From Terriglobia bacterium (GTDB taxonomy: Bacteria; Acidobacteriota; Terriglobia; 20CM-2-55-15): DNA of 64,000 nt. The notes under the pieces were generated by a model. That model was not told the DNA's origin, did no database searches, and saw only the letters and a program-made list of their open reading frames with translations. The stretch spans positions 800,001 to 864,000 of the forward strand of contig CBDAOY010000009.1 of assembly GCA_965198225.1 (NCBI GenBank), read 5' to 3'. Below are positions 40,189 through 49,505 of this stretch, piece by piece; position 1 is the first letter of the stretch; each line of letters begins with the position of its first letter. The position numbers and the translations under genes are program-made.

Positions 40189-41376
40189 TCAGAGAGCGAC
40201 GCGAGGCACGAGGCGGCTGTTGAGGAATTCGATCAGGTCGCGCATCTCGTCCCCGTCGAACACCGGCCACTCCAGGTTGCGGCTTTCCAATGCGCGCAGC
40301 ATAGCGGGTCCGTGATTCCACAACGAACGCGTCATCGTGATCGGTGAGTATCGTTCCGTGCTTTGAGTCAGGTCCGGCGCCCCTGTTGCCTCCCGCGCCT
40401 GTTCGTGGCAGGTTCCGCACTTCTTGGCAGCGTATATCCGGCGGCCGTCCTCGGCATCGCCTCTCTCGGAGAAGTATCGACGCGCGAAGAGGTACGCGAC
40501 GAGGTGCGTCATGGAGCCGTCCTCCAGACGCGGTAGGGGATCTGTGCCTGCGTCGCGCATCAACGGGGCATGGTTCCACATGTAGGTCGCGTAGCCGGTG
40601 AGGGTCCGCGGCCCCGGTCGTCCGAGCAGATCCACCCGGTTCTGCAGCGGCCCGCCGAAGCTGTGGCAGGATTCGCAACTGGATTCGAACAGCGCCTGGC
40701 CCTGCTCGGGTTCTCCGGGCTGGAAGCTTGCCATCTCGGAACGGGCGGAGGGCAGGTTGCGGAGGTACACGAGCAGGTCGACCATCTCTTGTGGCGCCAA
40801 CTCGGGCCACGGGATGGAGGACTCCTGCATCGTTTCAAACATCCGCTCGGAGTGGTTCCACATCCGTTCGGCCCACGCAAGTGGATCTCGGACCCGCGCC
40901 CAGGAAGACACCGGCGGACCGGCTTTGCTCCGATCTCCGGGCGCCCGCACATCGTGACACGCTCCGCAACTACGGCTCACAAAAACCCTCCGCCCCCGAC
41001 CCGCGTCGCCCGGAATACTGAAGTACAGTTGCGAATAGAAGAACGAAAAGAGGTCCGCAGTTTCCGCGGAACTCAACGAAGGGATGTTTTGTCCCGATTC
41101 AGCCATGGCCGCCCACATCTCCGGCCCATGGTTCCACATCACGCTTGCGAGGAGGTCTGGTGTGTACCGCCGTATGGAGCGTCGAGCCAGGTCGGGCGCA
41201 GCCGAGCCGCCTCGACCGTCAATCGAGTGGCACCGGATGCATCCTTTGTCGTCGAAAAGCTGTTCGCCGCGACGGGCGCTTCCCGGTAGGACTTCGATTT
41301 GAGCCAGGGCGGGAGTCGAATTCAGCAGTACTGCCATGCTGAATAAGGCCAACAAACTCCGCTCGAAAATCTTCAT
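40189..41376 (-). CDS. Periplasmic four-domain c-type cytochrome (4 x CxxCH, 4 x (M/L)WNH..M)
   Basis: CIRCH, CGACH, CESCH, CGTCH, each followed by MWNH/LWNH; signal peptide ending ALA. Confidence 0.88.
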   Translation of the reverse strand: MKIFERSLLALFSMAVLLNSTPALAQIEVLPGSARRGEQLFDDKGCIRCHSIDGRGGSAAPDLARRSIRRYTPDLLASVMWNHGPEMWAAMAESGQNIPSLSSAETADLFSFFYSQLYFSIPGDAGRGRRVFVSRSCGACHDVRAPGDRSKAGPPVSSWARVRDPLAWAERMWNHSERMFETMQESSIPWPELAPQEMVDLLVYLRNLPSARSEMASFQPGEPEQGQALFESSCESCHSFGGPLQNRVDLLGRPGPRTLTGYATYMWNHAPLMRDAGTDPLPRLEDGSMTHLVAYLFARRYFSERGDAEDGRRIYAAKKCGTCHEQAREATGAPDLTQSTERYSPITMTRSLWNHGPAMLRALESRNLEWPVFDGDEMRDLIEFLNSRLVPRVAL

Positions 41377-41467
41377 CCCAGGACCCCCTTTCTTCCTTCT
41401 CAAAAGGCTGCACGTTCAGTGCCGGAACCCCTTATCCCGCGTTTCTGGCGAACGTCGTCAGGAATTT

Positions 41468-41878
41468 GTAGGTGCGGTCTATGACCGCACAACTTGTCAT
41501 TCAGCGACCATTTCGTGCGCTCTATCAAGCTGTGAACGAATGTCACTAGTTGGAGAATCGGGTGGCGGGGCTTTTTACCAAGAACCTCCGACTCCCAAGT
41601 GTAGGTGCGCTCTATTAGCGGAACCATCTATTAGCGTCGGGCCCACCGTCCCCCTCACGACGAAAGACTGAGTGTTCACGGACCGACTTGCAGTGCGCGG
41701 GTTCGCGCAGAAAGACAGTTGGTCCGGTCCCCCCACGCCAGCCTTGACCAGAGCGTTGTGCGGTCATAGACCGCACCTACACGTGAGAAGCCCCGTCACC
41801 CGATTCTCCGTTCCCATGATTTTGTTCACAGCTTGATAGAGTGCACCTACACAAGCGATTGAGCCGAGCTAAGTTCTC
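41468..41878. repeat. GTAG-family REP/REPIN cluster 2 forming a long imperfect inverted structure
   Basis: REPs at 41468, 41601 and 41758 (inverted); paired arms 41515-37/41824-46, 41552-73/41788-809, 41599-609/41772-82. Confidence 0.85.
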
Positions 41879-41922
41879 CAGTGTGCAAACACGGCAGCCT
41901 GCATTTCTCAATGAAATCCAGG

Positions 41923-43881
41923 CTAAAAACCGTACTCGAACCCGGTTGTGAACAGGTGCGTTCGAAACTGTTCGAAGTCTAAGCTCCGATTGACGTATTC
42001 GTACCAGTTCCAGGTGAACTGCAGCGAGACGCGCTGTGCCAGCTCAACCGACACTTCCGCAAGCGCGTCGTAGAAGCGGGTCGGCCGCGTCTCGGAGTCT
42101 CCATCTTCGTCCTCCGTCGACACGAAGAGATTGCCGCCCACGCCGACTTCGACTCGGTCGTGAGGATAGATGCGAGTCGACAGACCGGCCGTATGCCCGA
42201 GATCGCGGTAGGCGGAGAGGCCGGTTGTCACTCTCTGAGGAATCAGGAACGGCGTCACGGACGAGTACGACGACCGGGTATATGTGGCGTGGAGAACCGT
42301 GCTCCTGTTTTCCGGGACCCAAGTCAGGTTTGCCGACAGGTTCCGACTCCGCTGCTCGAGCGCGACGTCGGGCGTGTCGTTGGTGTTGTCCCAGACCAGA
42401 GCGGATACCCCCAGCACCAGTGCTTCGGAGAACCGATAGCGGCCGCCGAAACGAGCCCGGACATACTGTCTTCGGTCCGTCTGGAAAAAGATTGCGTCGC
42501 CACCGCTGAATTCCACGTCCGCCTTGAGGTCCAGTCGATCGAGACGTCGTATGGAAACACCGATTCCACCGAGATGGCGGCGGTAGCTTCGCTCCCCGGG
42601 ACCGGAGAAACGAGACTCGGGTCCGAGCGAACTCGCCCAGACATAGCCGTGGCTGCCGTGGACGCTGATGCTCTCGTCGAACTCGTAGATAAGGTCGAAG
42701 CGGTGCCGCGCAAACTCCGACTCCAGGCGCCTTGTGCGGGTCTCGGCCAGTTTGACGGGTCCTCGGGACACGCTCCCACCCGTCAGGGTCTGTTCGTTGG
42801 AGGCCGACCCTGAAACGTGGAAGCGGTCGAAAGACAAGGTCTCCTGGAGCCTCAACCCGGGTATCGGCTCCCAGACCGCCCCGGCGTTTCCCGATGGGTG
42901 CGGCCAGGACGTTTTTGCGCCGGCCACTGCCTGTTCGGCCGAGAAGAACTGAAACGCCTCGAACACGACGAAGTTTCCTGAGTTCGCCCGCGAGTAGTCG
43001 AACTCGATCGACGGTTGGCTGAAAAAGAAACTACCGAAGAGCCTGACAGTTGGTTCCGGAGTGCCTTCGACCTGGACCCGGGCGAATCGATCCGTTCCAC
43101 GGACACTGTACGCCCCGTCGAGTTCGGCGAGGTGGAGACGTTGCCCGAGGAATAGCGCGGTGCGATTCCCTCCGTCGTCTCCCTGGAACGACGTGCGCTG
43201 ATCGTCATGGAAGCGACTGCCACCGACTTCCAGAGTCGCTCTACAACGCTCGAACAGGAGCCGGACTCCCCCGCGAACGGTGTTGGTTGCGTTGTCCGTT
43301 CTCGTGGAGACGATGTACTCATTACCTTCCTGCACGAATGTGGTGCGTCCGGGACCCAGGCTGCTGTCACGCTCGACGGCGAAGAAGGGCTCCACCCGCT
43401 GGTTCATGTCGATGCGGACGTCCGCGTCGAAAAGCCCGCGCGCCACGTCCAGCGTCTGCTGTGACGTTCCACCAACCGCCGTTCCCGGGTTCGCGAACGA
43501 AGGAATGGTGTTGAAGTAATCGAACCGCCGATAGTTCAGGCGTGCCCGGTACATGCTCCGACGTCCCCAGTCGACGGCGAGCACGCTGGCCGGCTCACCC
43601 CCCCAGGAGGACGACCGGAGATCCGCGAAGTCCAGAAACGATGGGCTCGGGCTGCCCGGCTCGGGTTGATAGCTCAGGTTGAAATCGATGAGCTTCGGCC
43701 CCTCTCCGAGGTCGATCATGCTGCGGTATACGTCGTCGTTTCCGGCTGTGTCTCTCCACCGGTACCCGACGCCCACGTGACCCTCCACGGCAGGATTTGC
43801 GCCCGGAACCGAAACTTGCTGCGCATGAAGCGAGCCCGCTCCGAGAGCGGCGCACAGACCGAGTGTGGCAAACCGTCTCAT
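41923..43881 (-). CDS. mtrB: MtrB/PioB-like outer-membrane beta-barrel
   Basis: Signal peptide, amphipathic beta-strands, terminal YGF; ATGA overlap with the decaheme gene. Symbol assigned by context. Confidence 0.78.
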   Translation of the reverse strand: MRRFATLGLCAALGAGSLHAQQVSVPGANPAVEGHVGVGYRWRDTAGNDDVYRSMIDLGEGPKLIDFNLSYQPEPGSPSPSFLDFADLRSSSWGGEPASVLAVDWGRRSMYRARLNYRRFDYFNTIPSFANPGTAVGGTSQQTLDVARGLFDADVRIDMNQRVEPFFAVERDSSLGPGRTTFVQEGNEYIVSTRTDNATNTVRGGVRLLFERCRATLEVGGSRFHDDQRTSFQGDDGGNRTALFLGQRLHLAELDGAYSVRGTDRFARVQVEGTPEPTVRLFGSFFFSQPSIEFDYSRANSGNFVVFEAFQFFSAEQAVAGAKTSWPHPSGNAGAVWEPIPGLRLQETLSFDRFHVSGSASNEQTLTGGSVSRGPVKLAETRTRRLESEFARHRFDLIYEFDESISVHGSHGYVWASSLGPESRFSGPGERSYRRHLGGIGVSIRRLDRLDLKADVEFSGGDAIFFQTDRRQYVRARFGGRYRFSEALVLGVSALVWDNTNDTPDVALEQRSRNLSANLTWVPENRSTVLHATYTRSSYSSVTPFLIPQRVTTGLSAYRDLGHTAGLSTRIYPHDRVEVGVGGNLFVSTEDEDGDSETRPTRFYDALAEVSVELAQRVSLQFTWNWYEYVNRSLDFEQFRTHLFTTGFEYGF

Positions 43882-44858
43882 CGAAGAAACGCCCGGTGGA
43901 GGTTCGAGCCGTGAATCTTCGCATGGCAAAGCGTGCAGTTGCGGATTCGGCTGCTTCGAAGGTCGTGAAACGCCGGCGGTTGTCGTCCGAAAGAGGCGCT
44001 ACCTCCGGTGTGACACTCCAGGCAAACGAAGCGAACTTCGTGACGCGTCAGCATACGTGGGTTGGACGACCCGTGAGGCTCGTGACACGCCGCGCAGCCG
44101 TCGACGCTGGCCGGCATGTGCTGGAAAGCGAACGGTCCCCGCTTGTCTCCGTGGCAGTCAAAGCATCCCTCTTCGTTCGAGTGCGAGCTCCGGAGTTGCG
44201 TCGGCCGCTGGCTGCCGTGCGGCTGGTGACAGTCTACGCAGGCCAGCGCGCCCTCCCGCAGGCGGTGGCTGAAGGGACGCTCGAAGGCGGCTCGCTCGAC
44301 ACGGTGGCACTCCGCGCACACATCGTTGCGCTCCCCACGTAGCAGGTCTCGGGGTTCCGGGGAGGCATGGATATCATGACAACTGGTGCACGAGACCGAC
44401 TTTCTACGGTGAGCGTCGAAGAGCCGGTCGGAGTGGGACGCGTTCTCCGCGTGGCAGTCCATACACACGTCCGACTCGGTGACCGGACCCAAGCTTCCGA
44501 ACACCCTGATGTCGCCCCGATCCATGCTCTCGGTGTGCGCCAGCCCCGGACCATGGCAGGTTTCGCAGGCACCGTGGGCGGTGTCGCCTGCCACCGCCTG
44601 TTCGTCTCGGTGAGGGTTCCGCAGCAGGTCGATGCCGATGTCCTCGTGGCACAGGGCGCACAACTCCGCTCCGGCATATTCCGAGTCCTGGGGGCGTGAA
44701 AGAGGAGGCAGCGGCTCCCGTGAGAGGAGAGGCATAGGAGCCGCCGCGAGGAGAAGTGACAGAGGCAAAGCTGCCACCAGTAGTTTCCAAGCAATTCGGA
44801 TGCCACTCTGGCGCCAATACAACGGGTCGCCGGTGTCCGGATGACCCCGGTACGTCAT
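43878..44858 (-). CDS. mtrA: DmsE/MtrA-family periplasmic decaheme cytochrome c
   Basis: 10 CxxCH; KRGPF.F.H, CH.PHGS, CH.KIHGSN family motifs. Confidence 0.92.
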   Translation of the reverse strand: MTYRGHPDTGDPLYWRQSGIRIAWKLLVAALPLSLLLAAAPMPLLSREPLPPLSRPQDSEYAGAELCALCHEDIGIDLLRNPHRDEQAVAGDTAHGACETCHGPGLAHTESMDRGDIRVFGSLGPVTESDVCMDCHAENASHSDRLFDAHRRKSVSCTSCHDIHASPEPRDLLRGERNDVCAECHRVERAAFERPFSHRLREGALACVDCHQPHGSQRPTQLRSSHSNEEGCFDCHGDKRGPFAFQHMPASVDGCAACHEPHGSSNPRMLTRHEVRFVCLECHTGGSASFGRQPPAFHDLRSSRIRNCTLCHAKIHGSNLHRAFLR

Positions 44859-46900
44859 CGGGCGTGAACCCGGTCGACGGAAAACTCGCTGGTTGGACCG
44901 TGACAGACTGCGCAGGATTCGCCGAGGACCGACGTCTGGAGCGTCGTGTGGATGAGGGTCGCCCGGCTCGTATGGCAGGAGACGCAGGCCGCAGCCTCAG
45001 GCAACAGGGGATTGACCAGACCCCGCGGCGAGAGTGAGGGCTCCAGCGTCAGCGCCAACGGCAGCTGCTCGGTCCCCTCGACGTGGCATTTCACACAATT
45101 CCTTCGGTCCCCGGGATAGACCACCTTGTTGTAGTTGTGCGGGCGGTTGCCGAAGCCGTACACCGTGAAGTCTTCATCGAGCTCCGCGCCGGTGTGGATC
45201 TTGTGGATCATCGTCTTGAGATGCACGGATTCCGACGCCCCCTGGCCTTCAGGCCTCCGACCCTCGTCCGTCGTTAGCGCGGTATGGCACAGGACACAGT
45301 GCTCCGGGTTGTTGCGGTTGTCTCCGTGTATCGAGAAGTTGCCGTGACAGGAGTTGCAGCCGTCGAGTTTGACGACCTGTCTTCGCTCCACCCCGGTCCC
45401 GCCGGCGGTCTCGAAGTAAAACACATCGTTGAATCCCGCGTCGCGGACGCTGATCGTTGTCTCATCGATTCTCGTGATCGTCTCGGTTCGGTAGCCCTCG
45501 ATGCCGACCGCCATGGTTCCGGTGAAGTTGGCGTCGATCGGGGTCGAGAACGTGTGGAAATAGATTCCGTTCGAGCCGGTTGCGGTCCGTGCATTCTCGC
45601 TGACATACGCGTTGAAGTCCGTCGTCGGCCCGGCGAGCACCAGGGCGAGCCGGGACATCGCCTCGATATCGACCGGGTTGCCGGCCTTGTCTTCGATGCT
45701 GAACTGCACGGTGGGTACGTTGCCGGCAGTGCCGTCTTCCACCCCGAGAATCTTAAAGACGATGCCTTGAAGCCCGGTCGCTTCCCTCGGAATGGTGTGA
45801 GAGTTCGCAACCGAGATGTCAAAGTCGATAGTGCCGAGTGGTACATGACAAGCCACGCACTTCGTGTCGTCGAACTGAGGGATGCCTGCGTGGCTCTCCC
45901 CGGTGGTGAAGTCGACGTCGTCGTGGCACGATCCGCATGCCGCGCGCGTGGGTCTCGACAGGTAGGTCAACGATTGTGTCCCCCCCTGGTGGCAGTGTTC
46001 ACAGCGCCGGATGTCGTCGGGGAATACGACTTCCGAGTAGTCGTGGACGCTCTGGCGGAACCCGATGATCTGGTACGGTGTGCCCGCCTGGACGCTCGGA
46101 AGATCCGATCCCCGGTGGATCTTGTGGATCATGACTTTCATATCCACCGTGTTGCCTGTGTCGGGATCGCTGGTCTGCTCGTTGTGGCACAGGATGCAGA
46201 GGCGTACCTCCTGCCGCCGGTCGCCATGGAGTGCCAGTGGATCGTGGCACGTGTTGCACGCGTCGGTCGACATCTGCTCTCGTCTTGCGATAACGGCAGA
46301 TCCGTTCGGCACGAACTCCATCACGTCGTTCGAGTACTGACGGTCGAGCCGAAAATCCCTCAGGTCGCGCGTGGCGTATACGCCGATGGCGTGAGTCTCG
46401 GCCTGGGGATAGCCCGCGGGCAATTTCGTTCCGAACGTGTAACGGTAGAGGCCGTCGGCGAGCTGTTCGTAGCTGCCGCCGCTGTCGGACGAGGCCTGGG
46501 TTGCTGTCACACCGGTTTCCACGCCCGTCGCCAGCCGAGTTGTGTAGGCGACGTACGTTGCTTTCTCGGAGGGGAGGTGGGCGGCGATGAAGCTCATGCT
46601 AACCGCGCCCGGCGAGAACACGCCGTTTCGATCGAGCGGGAGCCCGACGTTGTCGGTGATGCGAATGCCGACAGTGAGGGTGCCGTCAGCAGCAATCGTG
46701 GGATTTTCCAGTTTAGCCGTCAGGCCGGGGCGCACGAAGTCGACGAGGAGCGGGCTCACGTAGAACTCGAGGTCGTGACTCGAAACGAGTGCGAGTGTTT
46801 TGCCCTGTTCCTGCTGGGCGCCGATACTGGTTGCGAACGTCATTACGACGAGCGCTGTACCCACGATCATCCAAAATGACCAGGGTCGAACTCCGAACAT
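44855..46900 (-). CDS. mtrC: OmcA/MtrC-family decaheme cytochrome c
   Basis: 10 CxxCH in two 5-heme blocks, each preceded by a beta-rich domain; MIHKIH twice. Confidence 0.9.
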   Translation of the reverse strand: MFGVRPWSFWMIVGTALVVMTFATSIGAQQEQGKTLALVSSHDLEFYVSPLLVDFVRPGLTAKLENPTIAADGTLTVGIRITDNVGLPLDRNGVFSPGAVSMSFIAAHLPSEKATYVAYTTRLATGVETGVTATQASSDSGGSYEQLADGLYRYTFGTKLPAGYPQAETHAIGVYATRDLRDFRLDRQYSNDVMEFVPNGSAVIARREQMSTDACNTCHDPLALHGDRRQEVRLCILCHNEQTSDPDTGNTVDMKVMIHKIHRGSDLPSVQAGTPYQIIGFRQSVHDYSEVVFPDDIRRCEHCHQGGTQSLTYLSRPTRAACGSCHDDVDFTTGESHAGIPQFDDTKCVACHVPLGTIDFDISVANSHTIPREATGLQGIVFKILGVEDGTAGNVPTVQFSIEDKAGNPVDIEAMSRLALVLAGPTTDFNAYVSENARTATGSNGIYFHTFSTPIDANFTGTMAVGIEGYRTETITRIDETTISVRDAGFNDVFYFETAGGTGVERRQVVKLDGCNSCHGNFSIHGDNRNNPEHCVLCHTALTTDEGRRPEGQGASESVHLKTMIHKIHTGAELDEDFTVYGFGNRPHNYNKVVYPGDRRNCVKCHVEGTEQLPLALTLEPSLSPRGLVNPLLPEAAACVSCHTSRATLIHTTLQTSVLGESCAVCHGPTSEFSVDRVHAR

Positions 46901-46929
46901 CGTCTCCTCCTTCGTCGGGTTGGCGTGTA

Positions 46930-47478
46930 CTAAACCGCGCGGCTTTCGCCCAGGTGTTGCGTTTCGAGGTACCCGACCACGGTGTCGAACTGCGTCAGGG
47001 TGTCCTCGGTGAGTTCGTTGTCCATTCGTCGGAAAGCCGTGAGTATCTGTTCGTCGTCCACGTCTGTCAGGAATCGGCGCGCCATCGGGAACAGGATCTG
47101 GTCCTCCTTTTGGATGTGCTCGCGAAGCAGCGTCACGTACCGGCTGCCGTGCCGGACGAATTCCGACGGATCCTCCCGGCGGGTCGCATCGTTCATCCCG
47201 GCGACCAGCGAACGTGCCTGCTCGTGTTCCCGGAGCATGCAGCCCACCGGCCCGCCTTCCGATGTCAGCCCGGCCGCTTCCAAAGCAGGGAAGAGAATCG
47301 CCTCTTCCTTCGCGTGGTGGGCCTGGTCGGCGTACATCTGGAAGAAGCGCAGCAGATTTGCGGTGTCGTCCCGGTCGATGACCTCTTTCCGCTCCATCCG
47401 TACGATCATGGCTTCGAGGACTCCCAGTGCCCGAAGGATGAGTTTGTGTTCGTTCGATAATACGTCGGTGCTTTTCAT
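46930..47478 (-). CDS. Hemerythrin/HHE cation-binding domain protein
   Basis: L..EH..I, HHAKEE..LFP, M..EH, HI.KED..LFP. Start at 47478 or 47511. Confidence 0.9.
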   Translation of the reverse strand: MKSTDVLSNEHKLILRALGVLEAMIVRMERKEVIDRDDTANLLRFFQMYADQAHHAKEEAILFPALEAAGLTSEGGPVGCMLREHEQARSLVAGMNDATRREDPSEFVRHGSRYVTLLREHIQKEDQILFPMARRFLTDVDDEQILTAFRRMDNELTEDTLTQFDTVVGYLETQHLGESRAV

Positions 47479-47938
47479 CAGATCTTCATCGCCTACCGCA
47501 GCGTCCTCCATACTGGGCCCTGCACGCGGAGGGCCGCCGATCCAGATGGGGGGCTTTCAGGCGGTTCTCAAGTGCAGCTTGTAAGTGCCTGTTGTTGAGG
47601 GGAATGGAAAAGCAATTCGTCAGCTCGATGTATTAGGGAACCGCATTCTGGGGCGGGCTACCGACTCCTGCTGAGACATTCAGTCACCCCGAAGACTGTT
47701 AGATTGACCGAATGTCGCGGCAGTTGACCCTCCGCGACAAGCGCCCGTGTCAAGAAGGCAGCGTTCGTTCGGGCTCGGAACCATTTTGGCCTGGCGTCGG
47801 ATTCGAATATCGTCTCGAAAACCGGTGTGTTTAGCGGCGTGGCGAGCAGGAGATGCGTTTTGGGGTCTCAATTGCAGGAAGTATTCCTGGAGGTAATCCG
47901 GTGCAGCCCCAAAGGCCGGCCAGAGAGGAGACTCAAGA

Positions 47939-48154
47939 ATGATCAGAAGAAGAATCGGCCTTCTCTTCCTGCTCGTCTCCGTTGCCTTCGCCACGGCGGT
48001 CCCGTCGATGGCGACGAAAGAGATGGCGAAGAAAGAAAAGAAATCGTGCGTCACCTGTCATGTCAAGACAGGCTCCGAAGAACTGAACGAAGCCGGGAAG
48101 TATTACAAGGAGAAAGGGACGCTGGAAGGGTACAAGCTCAAGAAAACGCCGTAG
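47939..48154 (+). CDS. Small secreted monoheme cytochrome c
   Basis: GAGGAG RBS, signal peptide, CVTCH, LNEAGKYY; Lys-rich. Confidence 0.8.
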   Translation: MIRRRIGLLFLLVSVAFATAVPSMATKEMAKKEKKSCVTCHVKTGSEELNEAGKYYKEKGTLEGYKLKKTP

Positions 48155-48177
48155 ACCGTTTCCGACTTCCGCCCGGA

Positions 48178-48322
48178 CTCCCCTCCTCAGATGAGAAGGG
48201 GTGGCGAGAAGCGCCGGGGTGGTTGACCGGGGAAATCCAACCACTCCGTCTGCGCCTGGCGGCGCATCCACCCCTCCTGAATCAGGAGGGGAGCCCGGGG
48301 TGGCGCGAAGCGCCGGGGTGGT
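48178..48322. repeat. CCCCTCC..GGAGGGG-type REP-like repeat cluster
   Basis: Hairpin cccctcctga-a-tcaggagggg (48271-91); direct repeat ggggtggcg(a/c)gaagcgccggggtggt at 48198 and 48297. Confidence 0.7.
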
Positions 48323-48338
48323 GCTGATCAAAGTGAAT

Positions 48339-48580
48339 CTATTCAAGCTTCGCCGGAATGGCGAGAACCGGGCAGCTCACGGCGCGGATGACACGCTCGG
48401 CTGTTGATCCCATCATGGCACGCGCTACCATGCCTTTGCCGTGGATGTTCAATATGGAGACTTTCATTTCGTCATCGATGTCTCCGGTGCGAACCGCCGT
48501 TTCCACCTCGATCCCCTGCGATCGCGCACTCTGTCCCATCTTTTCGACAGTCTCGACCGCCTGCTGCTCGAACCTCCGGA
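48339..48580 (-). pseudogene. C-terminal fragment of a universal stress protein
   Basis: GIEVETAVRTG...HGKGMVARAMMGSTAERVIRAVSCPVLAIP; no N-terminus. Confidence 0.7.
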
Positions 48581-48806
48581 TCAGGTCGGCGGTGTGCACC
48601 TGGTGTTCGACAGCATGACGCTGAAGGAGGCGCTGGAAACCGTGCTTCATGCGGAACTCCAGGCCCAGGATTTCTACCGGCAGGCGGCGAGAAACGCTGA
48701 GCAGCCCGACCTGGCTGATCTCTACAAGGAGTTGGGGGGATTCGAGGAACACCACGTCCAGTGGATTGAGACGCGATTCGATGAGCTCGCGAGGACGACG
48801 GCATGA
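48570..48806 (+). pseudogene. C-terminal fragment of a rubrerythrin/ferritin-like protein
   Basis: EAL..V..AE..A..FY...A......L..LY.EL...EEHH: only one ExxH helix pair. Confidence 0.6.
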
Positions 48807-48938
48807 AGCGCCAGGTCGAGGTCTGCGGCGTCGGTTTTGAGGACACTGTTTTTTTCGGGAGGACAGGTTTTCATCGACAAGACAAGCTCGGTGCGTGACT
48901 CTGGTGGCAGTGCGACAGCACGCAAAGGAGATGCGAAT

Positions 48939-49259
48939 ATGAGTTCCGCACCCCGGCCACCGAAGGCTTTTCAGTCCTTCGTCGAGCGATACCCCAAACT
49001 CAGTCATGCGTGGGAACTGGCGGCGGAGGAGGGGAACCTGGGCCCGCTCGATCCGAAGACGATCCGGCTCGTCAAACTGGCGATCGCCATCGGCGCTCTG
49101 CGCGAAGGCGCGGTCCATTCCAACGTGCGCAAAGCGCTTGCCACCGGGATTACCCCTGATGAGATCGAGCAGGTCGTGGCACTTGCGGCGAGTACGCTGG
49201 GGTTCCCGTCGACCGTGGCGGCTTATTCATGGGCGCACGATGTCTTGGATAAGAAGTAG
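48939..49259 (+). CDS. Carboxymuconolactone decarboxylase (CMD/AhpD-like) family protein
   Basis: GPLD.KT..LVKLAIA, GIT.DEI, STLGFP; AAGGAG RBS. Confidence 0.88.
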   Translation: MSSAPRPPKAFQSFVERYPKLSHAWELAAEEGNLGPLDPKTIRLVKLAIAIGALREGAVHSNVRKALATGITPDEIEQVVALAASTLGFPSTVAAYSWAHDVLDKK

Positions 49260-49505
49260 TCGGTAGTCGTTGCAGTAGACGGTTCCGGAGGTCTTGGAGG
49301 GAATGGAAGGTCTTCGGACTATTCACCTCCGGGGGCCGGAACTCGTTGCGAGGGTCGTGTCTATTCAAAACTCATCAACCAGATGTAAGTGTTGCCCTTT
49401 TTAAAGAGGTATCCAGCCCCATGACCAAACCGACATACCTCACCTTCGAGTCGTTCGAGAAACGGGCCGCAGACTTCTGCTTGAACCCCCGTTCCCGTCA
49501 GCCCT

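Noticed and set aside
37105-41878. Possible CRISPR array from repeated 23-mers
   Set aside because: Mixed orientations, irregular and shared spacers, no cas genes; this is REP architecture.
45284-46879. 531-aa plus-strand ORF, and similar long antisense ORFs (27829..29115, 57720..59177, 60978..62183, 9599..10717)
   Set aside because: Antisense shadows of well-supported GC-rich genes, with no motifs.
47861-47876. Possible sigma54 promoter TGGGGTCTCAATTGCA before the small cytochrome
   Set aside because: GG-N10-GC spacing is right but the -24 box is poor; not supportable without TSS data.
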